The notes: generated by a model from the letters alone, not told the origin. Numbered from the stretch's first letter, positions 12,567-25,384 are shown. The stretch: DNA of 45,618 nucleotides from Chiloscyllium plagiosum (GCF_004010195.1 NC_057720.1:10324530-10370147); one strand, 5' to 3'. Translations and numbers: made by a program.

Positions 12567-13693
12567 TCATAGAGTCATAGAGATGTACTGCATGGAAACA
12601 GACCCTTCGGTCTAGCCCGTCCATGCTGACCAGATATCCCAACCCAATCTAATCCCACCCACCCCATATCCCTCTAAATCCTTCCTATTCATATACCCAT
12701 CCAAATGCCTCTTAAATGATGCAATTGTACCAGCCTCCACCACTTCCTCCAGCAGCTCATTCCATACACATACCACCCTCTGCATGAAAACGTTGCCCCT
12801 AAGGTCTCTTTTATATCTTTCCCCTCTCACCCTAAACCTATACTCTCTAGTTCTGGACTCCCCCACCGCAGGGAAAAGACTTCGTCTGTTTATCCTATCC
12901 ATGCCCCTCATAATTTAGTAAATCTCTATAAGGTCACCCCCCAGCCTCCAACGCTCCAGGGAAAACAGCCCCAGCCTTTTCAGCCTCTCCCTATAGCTCA
13001 AATCCTCCAACCCTGGCAACATCCTTGCAAATTTTTTCTGAACCCTTTCAAGTTTCACAACATCTTTCCAATAGGAAGGAGACTAGAATTGCATGCAATA
13101 TTCCAACAGTGGCCTAACCAATGACCTGTTCAGTTGCAACATGACCTCCCAACTCCTGTACTCAGTACTCTGACCAACAAAAGAAAGCATACCAAACGCC
13201 TTCTTCACTATCCTATCTACCTGTGACTCCACTTTCAAGGAGCTATGAACCTGCACTCCAAGGTCTCTTTGTTTAGCAACACTCCCTGGGACCTTACCAT
13301 TAAGTGTATAAGTCCTGCTCAGATTTACTTTCCCAAAATGCAGCACCACGCACTTAACTGAATTAAACTCCATCTGCCACTTCTCAGCCCATTGGCCCAT
13401 CTGATCAAGATCCTGTTATAGTCTGAGGTAACCCTCTTTGCTGTCCACTACACCTCCAATTTTGGTGTCATCTGCAAACTTACTAACTGTACCTCTTATG
13501 CTCGCATCCAAATCATTTACGTAAGTGACAAACAGTAGAGGACCCAGCACCGATCCTTGTGGCACTCCACTGGTCACAGGCCTCCAGTCTGAAAAACAAC
13601 CTTCCACCATCACTCTCTGTTTTCTATCTTTGAGCCAGTTCTGTATCCAAATGGCTAGTTCTCCCTTTATTCCATGAGATCTAACCTTGCTAA
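12567..13693 (-). mobile_element. CR1 LINE 3' fragment
   Basis: GVPQGSVLGPLLF, KFADDTK, WQMEFN; (catagagt)n tail at 12567. Confidence 0.92.
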
Positions 13694-14689
13694 CATGCAA
13701 TATCCTTATGAAATGGATTGTTATCCCAATACACAAGAAAAAATGTAGGCAATATACCGCAAATTTCCAGTTCTTGTCCTTACTTTTAAATCCCTCCATG
13801 ACCTCTAGCTCTCCTCAACACCAGCCCTATAACAAGTCAGAATTTCAATGCTTGTCTGAGTCTGGTTTCTTGAGCATTTGCGATTTTAATCATTCCATCA
13901 TTTGCAGCTATGCCTTCAGATGCCAACGCCCACAAACTCTGGAATTTTCTCCCTAAGCCTCTCTGCCTGGTCATCTGTCCTCATATCTCATTTGGCTCTG
14001 TGTCATATTTGGATTAATATCATTCCTGGGCAGCATCTGGAGATGTTCCCCTTCATTAAAGGTGTGATTTCAAAGTATGGGGAAAGGCAGAGGCATAGTG
14101 GTTATATCACTGGACTAGTTAACAAGGACCCTGGTTAATGGCCTGGTTTGACAGAGTTTCAAATCCTATTGCAGCAAATGGTGAAGTTAAAAGAAAGATA
14201 AATCTGGAATTGAAAAGCTAGCGTAATGTCAAGTATTGTTCAAAATCCATTCAGTTAACTGATATCACCCTTAGCTGGTCTGGTCTACATATGATTTTAG
14301 ATTCACAGTTACCCTCTTAAGTGGAGAAGATGGTAGTGAACTGCCTTCTTCAACCATTGCAGTCAATGCTGGGTAGGTGCACGCACAATGCTGTTAGGAA
14401 GGAACTGCCAGGATGTTGATGCAGTGACAATGAAGGAACAGAGATACAGATCCAAATCAGGATGGTGTGTGGCATAAAGGAAGACTTGTATGTGGTGTTC
14501 ATCTTGTCCTTCATAGTTGTAGAGGTTGCAGGTAAGGAAGCTGCTGGTGCATGTGCCCTACTATAGTGTCTCTCGGAGATGGTACATACTGTTGCCATTG
14601 TGTATCATTGAAGAAGACATTGAAGTTGGTGGAAGGAGTACTTTGTCCTGAATTGTGTCAACATTCTTGAGTGCTGGTGGCTACATTTC

Positions 14690-15950
14690 CACAGTGAACG
14701 CAAGAGCCAGCCATTTGTTCCTGGGGGATTTTGCTGTCTTGTTCTCAGTCTCAAAGGTGTAATACTGGGGCCCGCCTGACCCCATTTTCAGGGTCCCCTC
14801 GGTAAAAAGGTTGCTCAGCAGTGGTTGCTGGGTGGGCATCTGAGTTAGGTTATGCCCCCAGTGGGTATCCTGGTTCCAATCGACCCTTTCGGGTTGGCAT
14901 ACGGCATTTGGGATCACGAGGGTGCTGGATATAATCAGTGTTACCTGTAACTTGCATCGTGGTTCTGTCAGGATCTGGCCATCCCAATAGAAAACCACTG
15001 CACACCTCATTTGCAGCTGGAAATTCCTGGACTAGTTCATACTGTTAGTCTGGGTCATGTCAGTGATTCCAGGTGAAAAACATCGGAAAAGCATAGGGTT
15101 AAACCAAGGTAATTGAGCTTTGTGATTATTTTTCAATTGCATACCACTTCCATCGCCCAGATAGTCACATACTTCAGTCTTGCAACACAAGCCATTCGTA
15201 TTCAGGCTCCTCCCAGAATTTTGCTGCATTTACATTCGTTTCTCCCTTGGGAATATTGGGCAAATTGGGCCGATTTGGTCTTGCAGTCAGGGACATGCTT
15301 CATTAGCATTACTCTAATTCCTGGGATGGCCTCTGGTTTAGGATGGCACAGGCCACTCATTCCCATGATATCAGTTAAGAAGACTGGTTGCTTCATTGAA
15401 AAAAGGAAAGGTTTGAAATAAGGAGGGTAGGTGTGCTGGGGACAATTGGGAGATGTTAGGGTATCCAGGAATAAAATCCCCATTCTCAAATAGGGTCATT
15501 ATTCCAGACATAGGGGGTTTCCGAGTAGAATCTAAGTCCTTTATTTTACAGTATTTTTGCTTTAACCATGTTTGTATATTCCTCAACCTTAGGGACTGTT
15601 TCTCATGTCCCTTTTATTTTTTCATCTCATGTCCCTTTTATTTTTTCATATATCCATTCACAGTCACCTCCCAGCTTCCGGGAGTTCCATCTGCTATCCA
15701 TACCTCACTCCCCCAATCACATACAGAATTCCTTCAACTAGCCAGTAAGTATCTTTCCATTCTTTAGTTAACAATGAATTAATGCAACTATGCTTCAAAT
15801 TAACCATGAGGCAATGAGACAGGTCACTGACAATGTGTAAAGGAATAAAACCAAGCGATCCTGCCAACTAATTCTGATTTTGTGATTCAGGGCTAATACA
15901 ATTGGTTATAAAAAAAATCCAAGAATCATTGTCTGTACTTCAGAGACGGA
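14690..15950 (-). pseudogene. Putative degraded retroviral env (SU part)
   Basis: Chain of frameshifted Cys/Trp-containing ORF pieces (CDWGSEVWIADG; ...ETENKTAKSPRNKWLALA) with a hydrophobic start near 15950. Inferred from position and loose motif resemblance only. Confidence 0.4.
15601..15648 (+). repeat. Tandem duplication, 2 x 24 bp
   Basis: tctcatgtcccttttattttttca twice. Confidence 0.95.
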
Positions 15951-17270
15951 AACTCAACAAGTGGCTAAGACATTTTAAAAGTCATCAATAAAAACTGAAA
16001 ATTTATTTATTCAGTATTCAATATTTAAAATGTAAAATGTACACTGTTTCCAACTCTGAAATCCACTATAATTACCTGGTTCTAGTCTCTTAATTTAAAT
16101 CCAAGATTAGGTTCTTAAAGCGGTCCTGACCAGCCATTGCACAGTTACAATACTATAGGTCATGAAATGACTGCAGCCGCCTTAAGGGGTCTTATCTACT
16201 CACATGGTCACACAAAAAAACTTCTAATACACAAATAATGGCCAAATCCAAAGACAGAGATATTAACCATATAATATTAATTTTGTTACATGATTTATCA
16301 CAACCTAATGTTGAACTGAATCTTCAATTGTCATTGAGGGAGGGGAATTGGTATAAAATAAAGTAACAACTGGCACACCATAATCAACAATGAAACACAC
16401 TTAAAATTAAGTGGAAACAAACAAGTCTGAAACAAAAACTAAATCTGCTAGTATCACTTTCTGAAAGCAATGTTGTTGGTTTGGGATATTTTGGATCTAT
16501 CTCTATACTTCCAGTTTTACAAAATTTAACTAAATTCATTTCAGATGTGTCTGGAAAGATGCATGAGTGGGTGGAGAGCAGAGGGATACAGGTGTTTCGG
16601 AATTAACTGACAGGTTTAGACAGTACATTTGGATGGGCTCAGGCTTTGTTCTTTGTTCTAAATAAAGTTCATGCAATTCATCCACTCAACGAACAAATGT
16701 TAAAGTCTGAAGTGATTTTCCTCAATGTTAAGCCTAGATTATAACTAAAATTGAGCAGAGACCTGCTCTCATCCTGGAACAGAATGATTCTGCACCTGAG
16801 GCCCAGGTTTAGTACTACTGCTTTACGTCCTTTGGTCAATTCTATCATTAGTACAACACGTAGGGGTGAGAGGGAGAGGGGTGAAAATGACCTTTGTCAG
16901 GAGCATGAAATTATGGAGAATTTGAGAGCAAGTTTATACTGATGTCAAATGGTGCAGAATCAAAGGAGAAGACTTTTTTTTTCAAAGATTATAATGTTGT
17001 TTTTCTCCGTATTAAACTGATTTGAAATTAAATAAGATTGGCTTTCATGTAAGCATAAAGGTAGGGCAATAGGCCTGTAAGAAGAACAGGGGTTAATATT
17101 TCATTTCATAATCACTGAAGGATGCTTAACCTTAAAAGAAATCATGTCAAATTCCCAAAATGCAAACCAAATCCAAAACAATCCCAGATGTTGAGCTCCA
17201 GGGATCAAAATACAAACATTCAATCACCATCCAGTAAATGTGAAATCCAAACTGAATCTGCAAACTGCAG

Positions 17271-17310
17271 CTCTCTCTCTCTCTCTCTGTCTCTCACACA
17301 TACACACACA
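17271..17310 (+). repeat. (CT)n(CA)n microsatellite
   Basis: Seen directly. Confidence 0.9.
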
Positions 17311-18216
17311 TTCCAAAAGTCAAGTTAGGGAGTTCTACCCTCATAAATCTTAGCTGTGGCACGTAGCTGCTTAACCAAGTGTGCGAGAATTGTATCACTG
17401 ACCAGCTTTCTTTTTTTCTAACACGACAAAAGCAGCAACCACCCCTTTATTTCATAAACAAAGAACAAACACCAAAAGAAACAGAACAAACAAGACAAAG
17501 CAGCAAAGCAAGACAAGACAAGCCGAACAGATACAACAGAGAAGATAACCCTAACGTAAAACTTTCACTAATCAACAATCTGACAACAAACAACAAGGCT
17601 AATGCTTTCTGCAAAACACTGTCGACATTCTAAAACCCTGACTGTTTCGTTATAATAAATCGCGATACTTCTTTGTTTTGTCTTTCACAGAACAATTTAG
17701 GAATCAATTTAGATGGCACCAACTGAACAAATCAGTGTCTTTCAACTCTGTAAGGGTCCTCGACCTTCTTTCTTCTTTCTTTTTAGGGTCCCCGACCCTA
17801 TTCGGATCCTTGATCCACCTCTCATCTCTGTGCTCAGGTCCCAGACCTGAGGTAAAGGTCCTCACCCTTCTTTTTCCTCTTGTTAGGTGGAGTCCCTGAC
17901 TCCGTAAAGGTTCTTGACCTTCTCTTTTCTTTTTTTTTTGTTTTTTCCCCTTTTTTTATATATATATTGTATCCCCGATCTGCAAGTCCTCGAATTATTA
18001 GCTTTATCTTGGGTCCTCGACCCTATTCTTACTGAGATCGATCCTTTATGGGCTGGACTGAGATGATAGACAGCGAGGGGTCAGGTCAACCACTACTTGA
18101 ATGAGAGCAAAACCAGACGGATATGAAATACTCCCGTCTGCCTGGCTGATTCCTCGACACTCAATAGTAGAGGACTCAAGGCTCTTACACCACTGTCCAC
18201 AATCCAAGTATACTGT

Positions 18217-18234
18217 ATCCGAGTCACGGCACCA
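18217..18234 (-). promoter_or_regulatory. Retroviral primer-binding site complementary to tRNA-His
   Basis: Minus strand TGGTGCCGTGACTCGGAT, complementary to the tRNA-His 3' end (AUCCGAGUCACGGCACCA), 2 nt after the LTR end ...GATCTTCA. Confidence 0.93.
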
Positions 18235-18236
18235 GA

Positions 18237-19479
18237 TGAAGATCTGACCCACGGTACGGGTCTCTCGGTTCCGTGATTGGACATAAGAACACTAGTAATT
18301 CGGTCTGATTCTGCAAGATTTCACACTTTATTATCATAGCCAGGCTCAGGTTGTCCAGCAACACAGAGGTTAAATGCTTCTGTGTGCCTTGGAATAACTG
18401 CACAAATAGCTTAAAACAAAGACAATTTTTATACTGTTTTTGAAAAATAGGACAGCCTTAATTACAGAGCCATTCCAATAAAATTTAAGAAAATGGCATT
18501 ATCGACATGAAGTTAAGCCAATATTTCCTGGGAACTAACTTTGTTTTTAGTCTCGGCAACCTTGCGTCTCTAAGGTTAGCTAGGATGGTTAGTAATGTCC
18601 TATCTAGCTTAGTTAATTCCATACTGTGAAGGAAGCATTGTCTGCTAATCTTTGGTTCAGTTAGTTCAGTTAACAGGGCAAAAAAGCTATTTTAAAACAG
18701 AGTTGTCAATTTGCAGCCTAGAAGCCATTTTTTTTTAGAATTTATAGAATCCCTTCAGTCTGGAAACAGGCCCTTCAGCCAACATGTCCACACCGACCCT
18801 CCGAAGAGTAACCCACCTAGACGCATTCTCTTACATTTACCCCTCCTAATACAGCTAACCTACAAATCCCTGAATGCTATGGGCAATTTTAGCATGGCCA
18901 ATTCATCTAACCTGCACATTTTTGGACTGTGGAAGGAAACTCACACAAACTCCGGACAGACAGTCGCCCGAGATGGGAATCGAACCGAGGTCCCTGGTGC
19001 TGTGAGGCAGCAGTGCTAACCACTGAGCCACCATGCCATGCCTTATTCAGCACTATATGCACCAGATCTGATGACATCCTAAACAAAACTTATACCTTGA
19101 AAGTATATATGAGTTTGTTCAAAAACTAAAGTAAAACAAAGCACTTGATTGGAGATCTGAAACAAACCCATGGCCCATAGTCCAGTCACCCACCATACTC
19201 AAAACATTAACTGTTTTCTCTCCATAGATGCTGCCAGACCTGCAGAGTTCCTCCACCAATTTATGCTTTTGTCGGCATCGCAGTTTAGATTAGATTAGAT
19301 TCCCTACAGAATAGAAACAGGCCCTTCGGCCCAACAAGTCCACACCGACCCTCCGAAGAGTAACCCACCACCCCCCTCTGACTTTATGTTACTCACATTA
19401 AGAAGCCTTTTTTTTTGTTAAGGGCATGTATTAAATGGTTGCTCCTGACAGTAGCCCAAATCCAGATTTTAGATCCTCA
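18237..19479 (-). repeat. ERV 5' LTR interrupted by SINE/repeat insertions (about 18736-19400)
   Basis: Minus strand starts TGAGGATCTAAAAT and ends GATCTTCA; agaagcc(a)ttttttttt occurs on both sides of the internal insertion; both ends resemble the solo LTR at 40386-40874. Confidence 0.8.
18736..19037 (-). mobile_element. HE1-like V-SINE nested in the ERV LTR
   Basis: Reverse complement of the same family. Confidence 0.82.
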
Positions 19480-20003
19480 GAACCACACTATTTATATGGT
19501 TAGTTCAGTTCAGCTTCTGGTCAATGGAATCCCCCATCCCAGGATATGGATAGTTGGGGATTCAGCAATAGTAATGTCATTAAATGTCAAAGGACAATGT
19601 TGGATTCTTTATTGTTGGGCATGGTCATTGCCTGGCAATCATTTGACATCAATGTTACTTCCTGCTTTATTGGTCCAACACTGAACATTGTCCAGATCTC
19701 ATGACATTTGAACATAGATTACTTCAGTATCTGAAGAGTTGCGAATGGCGCTGAACATTATGCGATCATCAGTGAACATCCCTCCGAATGAAGGCGGAAA
19801 AGTTGTTTATCAAGGAACTGAAGATAGTTGGGTTCAGGACAGTGCCCTTAGGAATTCCTGAAGTGATACCCTGGAGGTGAGATGATTGACAATCAACAAT
19901 CACAGTCATCTTCCTTTGTGCCAAGTATGACTCCTCACAGTGGAGTGTTTGACCCTGACTCCCAGTGACTTCAGTTTTTCTAGGGCTCCATGATGCTACT
20001 TAA

Positions 20004-20375
20004 TGGGGAGACAATGGCCTAGTGGTATCATCATGAGACTATTAATCCCGAAATTCAGCTAACCTCTGTGGAACCAGGTTCAAATCCTGCCATGACAGAT
20101 GGTGATCTTTGAATTCAATTTTAAAAACTCTGGAATTAAGAATCTGTCTGATGTCCATGAAACCATTGTTGATTGTCATGAAAACCCCATTTGCTTACTT
20201 AAGGAAGGAAATGTGCGATTGTTACCTTGTCTAGCCCATATATGACTCTAGACCCCACAGCAATGTGGTTGACTTTCAACTTCCCTAGAAATGGCTGAGC
20301 TGGTCACTTAGTTCAACCCGAGGAAAGGCACTAAATGCTGGCCAGCCAGAGATGGCCACAGCCCATGAGTGAATT
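20004..20375 (+). mobile_element. SacSINE1-like Deu-SINE
   Basis: tRNA-like head (tggcctagtgg; ggttcaaatcc), conserved body and tail. Partial copies at about 8040-8212, 14079-14320 and 42400-42590. Confidence 0.78.
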
Positions 20376-20819
20376 TTAAAGATACTGTTGGTCAGAACTC
20401 ATCTCAATGTCAAGAGCAATCAATTTTACTTCCTCTCTGGAGTTCAGCTCTTTTGTCGATGTTTGGACAGAGGCTGCAATGAAGTTAGGAACTGAGTTGA
20501 CCTGGCGGAACCAAACTGAGAAGGTTAGTATTGGGTAAGAGCTGTGATAGCACTGTCAATGACACTTTTAGATGTTATACTTTATTTCAAACCTGTACAA
20601 TACAAGCCAAAGTAATGCCAACAGATATCAGATGTCAACAGATTCTTACTGGGATCCAAGATGGCGGCAACCCATCAAGTCTGAGTCTATAGTGCTCCTC
20701 CCAAGATTTGGGCAAAGTGGGCCACCCACCCCCACCACACTCACCAAATCATTTAAAATAGCTGTTTAATTTAATTAGTTGCTTAGTATTAAATTTAAAC
20801 AATCAAATCTTTAGTAAAA

Positions 20820-21677
20820 ATGACTAAAGGGAAGGGAACCTACAGCTCTCAGCAAATAGGAACCCCTCCCCCACACTCTCCAGCTGCAGCAGAGGCGTCT
20901 GCAGCCGCCCCGGGGGACTTACCTGCAGTGGCGAGCCTCGTGGAAATCATCTCCAAACTGGATGCGAAGATCGACGCTTTTATTGAAGAATCCCGAAGCC
21001 GATGGGATTCACTCTCGGCTGCGCTGCAAAAGCACAACCGAGACATTAAAGAAATCGAGCGCAGAGTTGGAGGGGCGGAGCTAAAGGCCACGACCTCCGA
21101 AACTACAGCGCAATCGGCCGTGGATCGGGTCCGGACTCTCGAGCAGCGAGTCCGGACCTTAGAGAATCACATTGATGACCTCGATAATCGAAGTCGTCGA
21201 AAAAATATTTGTTTGCTGGGCCTTCCCGAACGGGAAGAGGAAGGCCAGTTTACAGCGTGTCTCGAGCAGTGGCTGCCACAGCTTTTGAATCTGGAGGCTG
21301 GATCAGGCTGGGTAAGGGTGGAATGGGCCTACCGGGTCGCAATTCGTGGGCCCGGCGCGAACCAGCGTCCCCGCCCGGTCCTGTTCCGGCTGCAGAGCTA
21401 CAAGGAGAGGCAGATACTCCTAGAAGCCTCCAGAAATCTTGGAAAAGATTCCCAAGCCATGATCTATAAAGGATCCAAGATCATGTTATTTCAGAACTTT
21501 TCCCCAGCTCTGGTCTGAAAGAGGAAGGCATTCGATGAGGCGAAGAAGTGTTTAAGGGACTTAAATATTCAGTACTCCTTACGCTACCCAGCGACGCCAC
21601 GCTTTAACCATGAAGGATCCATGTACAACTTCGGATCGCCGGAAAAGGCTAAGGAATTTTTGGAATCTCTTAGATAA
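20820..21677 (+). pseudogene. L1 ORF1 (coiled coil and RNA-binding protein), one premature stop
   Basis: DLDNRSRRKNICLLGLPE, RPRPVLFRL and IMLFQNFS motifs; in-frame TGA at 21516-21518 (probably CGA>TGA), after which the frame continues KRKAFDEAKK...YPA... to TAA at 21675-21677. Confidence 0.88.
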
Positions 21678-21857
21678 ATTGTAAGAGATAATGGATGTTG
21701 GTTTGCCTTCCCCCCACTCCGGTTTATATCCCCCCCCCGTTTTTCTTTTTTCTTACCTTACTGTTTAATATTATCTTGGCGGGGTGGGGAGAGGGATTTA
21801 TTTATTTGTTCTCTATTTAACGATTTTCTCCCCCCCTTGGGTTTTTTTTAATTATTC

Positions 21858-21920
21858 TATGTATGTATGTGTGTATGCATGTATGTGTGTATATGTATGT
21901 ATATGTATATGTATATATGT
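21858..21920 (+). repeat. (TATG/TG/TA)n microsatellite in the L1 inter-ORF region
   Basis: Seen directly. Confidence 0.85.
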
Positions 21921-22111
21921 GGGTATAGCCAGGGGGTTTAGTTAATGTTGGTGGGGGGAGGTGGTTACCTTATTCTATTTTACCTCTGTCTCTAGGAGTG
22001 GGGTTGTTTTTCCCTTGTTATTTTGTATTATTATATTTAATTATTATTTGTTGAGGTTGTAATTTTATAGTTATATATGTTTATACATGGTATTAACATT
22101 ACCAAATATAT

Positions 22112-22755
22112 NNNNNNNNNNNNNNNNNNNNNNNNNNNNNNNNNNNNNNNNNNNNNNNNNNNNNNNNNNNNNNNNNNNNNNNNNNNNNNNNNNNNNNNNN
22201 NNNNNNNNNNNNNNNNNNNNNNNNNNNNNNNNNNNNNNNNNNNNNNNNNNNNNNNNNNNNNNNNNNNNNNNNNNNNNNNNNNNNNNNNNNNNNNNNNNNN
22301 NNNNNNNNNNNNNNNNNNNNNNNNNNNNNNNNNNNNNNNNNNNNNNNNNNNNNNNNNNNNNNNNNNNNNNNNNNNNNNNNNNNNNNNNNNNNNNNNNNNN
22401 NNNNNNNNNNNNNNNNNNNNNNNNNNNNNNNNNNNNNNNNNNNNNNNNNNNNNNNNNNNNNNNNNNNNNNNNNNNNNNNNNNNNNNNNNNNNNNNNNNNN
22501 NNNNNNNNNNNNNNNNNNNNNNNNNNNNNNNNNNNNNNNNNNNNNNNNNNNNNNNNNNNNNNNNNNNNNNNNNNNNNNNNNNNNNNNNNNNNNNNNNNNN
22601 NNNNNNNNNNNNNNNNNNNNNNNNNNNNNNNNNNNNNNNNNNNNNNNNNNNNNNNNNNNNNNNNNNNNNNNNNNNNNNNNNNNNNNNNNNNNNNNNNNNN
22701 NNNNNNNNNNNNNNNNNNNNNNNNNNNNNNNNNNNNNNNNNNNNNNNNNNNNNNN
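22112..22755. other. Assembly gap (644 N)
   Basis: Run of N inside the L1 element. Confidence 1.
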
Positions 22756-25200
22756 AAATTCCATATCATCTTGTAAAATAGGTAGTATAGCAATTTCCGA
22801 CCACGCTGCTGTATATATGGAAACTAAGGCGAGGAACAATGGGACATCCCCTCGGCATTGGCGTATGGACCCCTTCCTAATGAAAGATAGTAAATTTGTA
22901 AAGTACTTCTCTCAAGAATTTAAAACATTTTTAGAAATTAATTTAAGTACGGCTAGCAACCCATCAATGATGTGGGAGACCATCAAAGCTTACACGCGAG
23001 GTTAGATCATCTCCTACTCAGTGATCCAGAAAAGCTTAAAGGGAGAACAACAGCGTCTGCTTGAAGCTCACTTAAAAGCAGCTGAAACAGCACACGCTGA
23101 TAGACCTTCTATTATCAAATTGCAAAGGATTATGGCCCTTAGGACAGCTCTAAACAATATGCTTACCCAAATGGCTAAGAGGAAAATATTATTTGCAAAA
23201 CAAAGGTTATATGAATTTGGCAACAAACTGGGTAGATACTTAGCATTTCTTGCAAAGAAAAAAAAGGCCCCTCAAACTATCACGTTTATCAAGGAAAGTA
23301 TGGGTATTTTGACTCATGATCATAAAAGGATTAATGCAATCTTTAGAAAATTTTATTCTGATTTATATAAATCGCAGGATTGTGAAGACAGGACTAGGAG
23401 GATGCAATCATTTTTTAAAAATTTGATCTTTCCGGGCCTAACTCCGGAACAGATATCGATCTTAAATGCACCCCTAACAGTCCAAGAAATACTTGACGCA
23501 ATCAGGCAACTTCAGAGCGGTAAGGCACCTGGTCCAGATGGTTTTCAAGCTGAATTCTCTAAAGAATTTACAGAATTATTGGCTGGTCCACTTATGGACA
23601 TGTATAACTATGCATGTAGTCAGGGCTGTCTCCCGCCTTCGCTGAAAGAGGCAAATATCTCTCTTATCCTTAAAAAAGGAAAGGATCCAGAAGATTGTAC
23701 GTCATACAGACCAATATCCTTGCTAAATATAGATTTTAAAATCCTTTCTAAAACGTTAGCATTGAGACTAGAAAGGGTACTGCCACATATCATAAAGGAG
23801 GATCAGACGGGGTTTATTAAGGGCCGTAGATCATCCAACAATATTAGAAGGGTTTTGAATATGATTCAAGCCTGCCATTAGGGAAAGATACTAGGAGTGG
23901 CAGTTTCATTAGATGCGGAAAAGGCATTCGATAGGGTTGATTGGTCATATTTGTTTTACACATTGGAAAGGTTTGGCATTGGAAAGGTGTTTACCAAGTG
24001 GGTCTCAACATTGGACAGTGATCCCAAAGCAGTTGTGGTTACCAATGGATTAGGTTCGGATAGCTTCAGTGTGGGTAGGGACTGCTGTCAGGGATGTCCT
24101 CTCTCGCCATTGTTCTTTGCGCTAATAATTGAACCACTAACAGAAGCTATACGGGCTGATCCTAATATAACGGCCCCGAGGATTGGTACAGATAAACATA
24201 AAATTACCCTTTATGCAGATGATCTTCTTCTATTCCTCAGTAATCCTCTGATGTCCGTACCTCGCTTAATCCAAGTTATTAATAAATTTAGCGCATTCTC
24301 AGGCTATAAAATTAATTTCTCAAAATCGGAGGCTATGTCAATGGGTGGCCTTGCTATGATACCCCACTTAGTGGACGGATCCCATTTTCCCTTTCGTTGG
24401 TCCCTGGTGGGTTTCTTATATTTAGGCATTTTTATTACCCCAGTATTTGGTCAGTTATACAAGGCTAACTTTGTGCATTTACTGGAGAGGATAAGGCAGG
24501 ACCTCCAGCGATGGGGAGACCTTCCAATTTCCTAGCTGGGTAGAATAGCACTAATTAAAATGAATGTCCTGCCCCATCTCCTATACCCTATGAGAATGCT
24601 TCCGGTGATGCTGCCAAGGCTGGAACTACGTAAATTATATGGCTGGTTGGGTTCCTTTATCTGGAATCATAGACGGCCCCTCATTAAGCTGAAGAAGCTA
24701 CAGCTGCCACAGGCAAGGGGAGGATTGGACTTCCCAGATTTTAGGAAATATCAGTTAAGTTCCCTATTAAGTTACATAGCTGATTGGGTCTTGTCTGATC
24801 CACAATCAATCTGGCTGGACATCGAGGCTTCTCAAGTAAAATGCCCACTTATTAACCTTTTATTTTCAGACAAGAGGAAAATCATTACGGATCACTGTAA
24901 AAACCCTATAATACTAAACACAATTAAAGCTTGGAATATAATGCGGCAAAATGAGGGCAACTCACATAAAACATCCCCCTATGTGCCGATAGTGAGAGCA
25001 TGGGGATTCCAACCGGGGTTTGCAGATGCCACTTTTAAACTCTGGAGATCCAGGGGTATCTCATGTCTAGGGGACCTATTTAAAGATGGGGTCCTGATGT
25101 CTTTTGAACAGCTGTGTCAGAAATTCGGACTACCTAATGGAGACCTCTATCGATACTTCCAAATTCAAGATTATATACAGAAGAAGACTACATTATTAGA

Positions 25201-25384
25201 AAGGAGAAAGTGAGGACTGCAGATGTTGGAGATCAGAGCTGAAAATGTGTTGCTGGAAAAGCACAGCAGGTCAGGCAGCATCCAAGGAACAGCCCCTGAA
25301 GAAGGGCTTATGCCCGAAACGTCGATTCTCCTGTTCCTTGGATGCTGCCTGACCTGCTGCGCTTTTCCAGCAACACATTTTCAG
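25201..25384. mobile_element. Penelope-derived inverted-repeat hairpin inserted in L1 ORF2
   Basis: 13-bp TSD ctac(a/g)ttattaga; arms gctgaaaatgtgttgctggaaaag / cttttccagcaacacattttcagc. Confidence 0.85.
25296..25323 (+). ncRNA. Minimal hammerhead ribozyme core (PLE type)
   Basis: CUGAAGA-A-GGGC(UUAU)GCCC-GAAA-C-GUC: conserved boxes, intact stem II, palindromic ACGU helix III; stem I is weak. Confidence 0.65.

Larger units (their letters stand above)
14690..19479 (-). mobile_element. Endogenous retrovirus remnant (class I, gamma/epsilon-like), 3'-truncated: 5' LTR, PBS-His, leader, env-like remnant
   Basis: LTR 18237-19479, then an 18-nt tRNA-His PBS, a leader with repeats and a GT-rich tract, and overlapping minus-strand ORF pieces at 14681-15586. 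The flanking antisense LINE stops near 14690 and resumes at 19480. Confidence 0.8.

Noticed and set aside
17754..18030. CRISPR-like repeat-spacer array
   Set aside because: Vertebrate context, short degenerate repeats, irregular spacing and no cas genes; explained as ERV leader.
18217..18234. tRNA-His gene fragment
   Set aside because: Only the 3' 18 nt including CCA, next to an LTR end: a PBS, not a tRNA gene.
22071..22839. Long ORFs of 229-246 aa
   Set aside because: Artefacts of the N gap.
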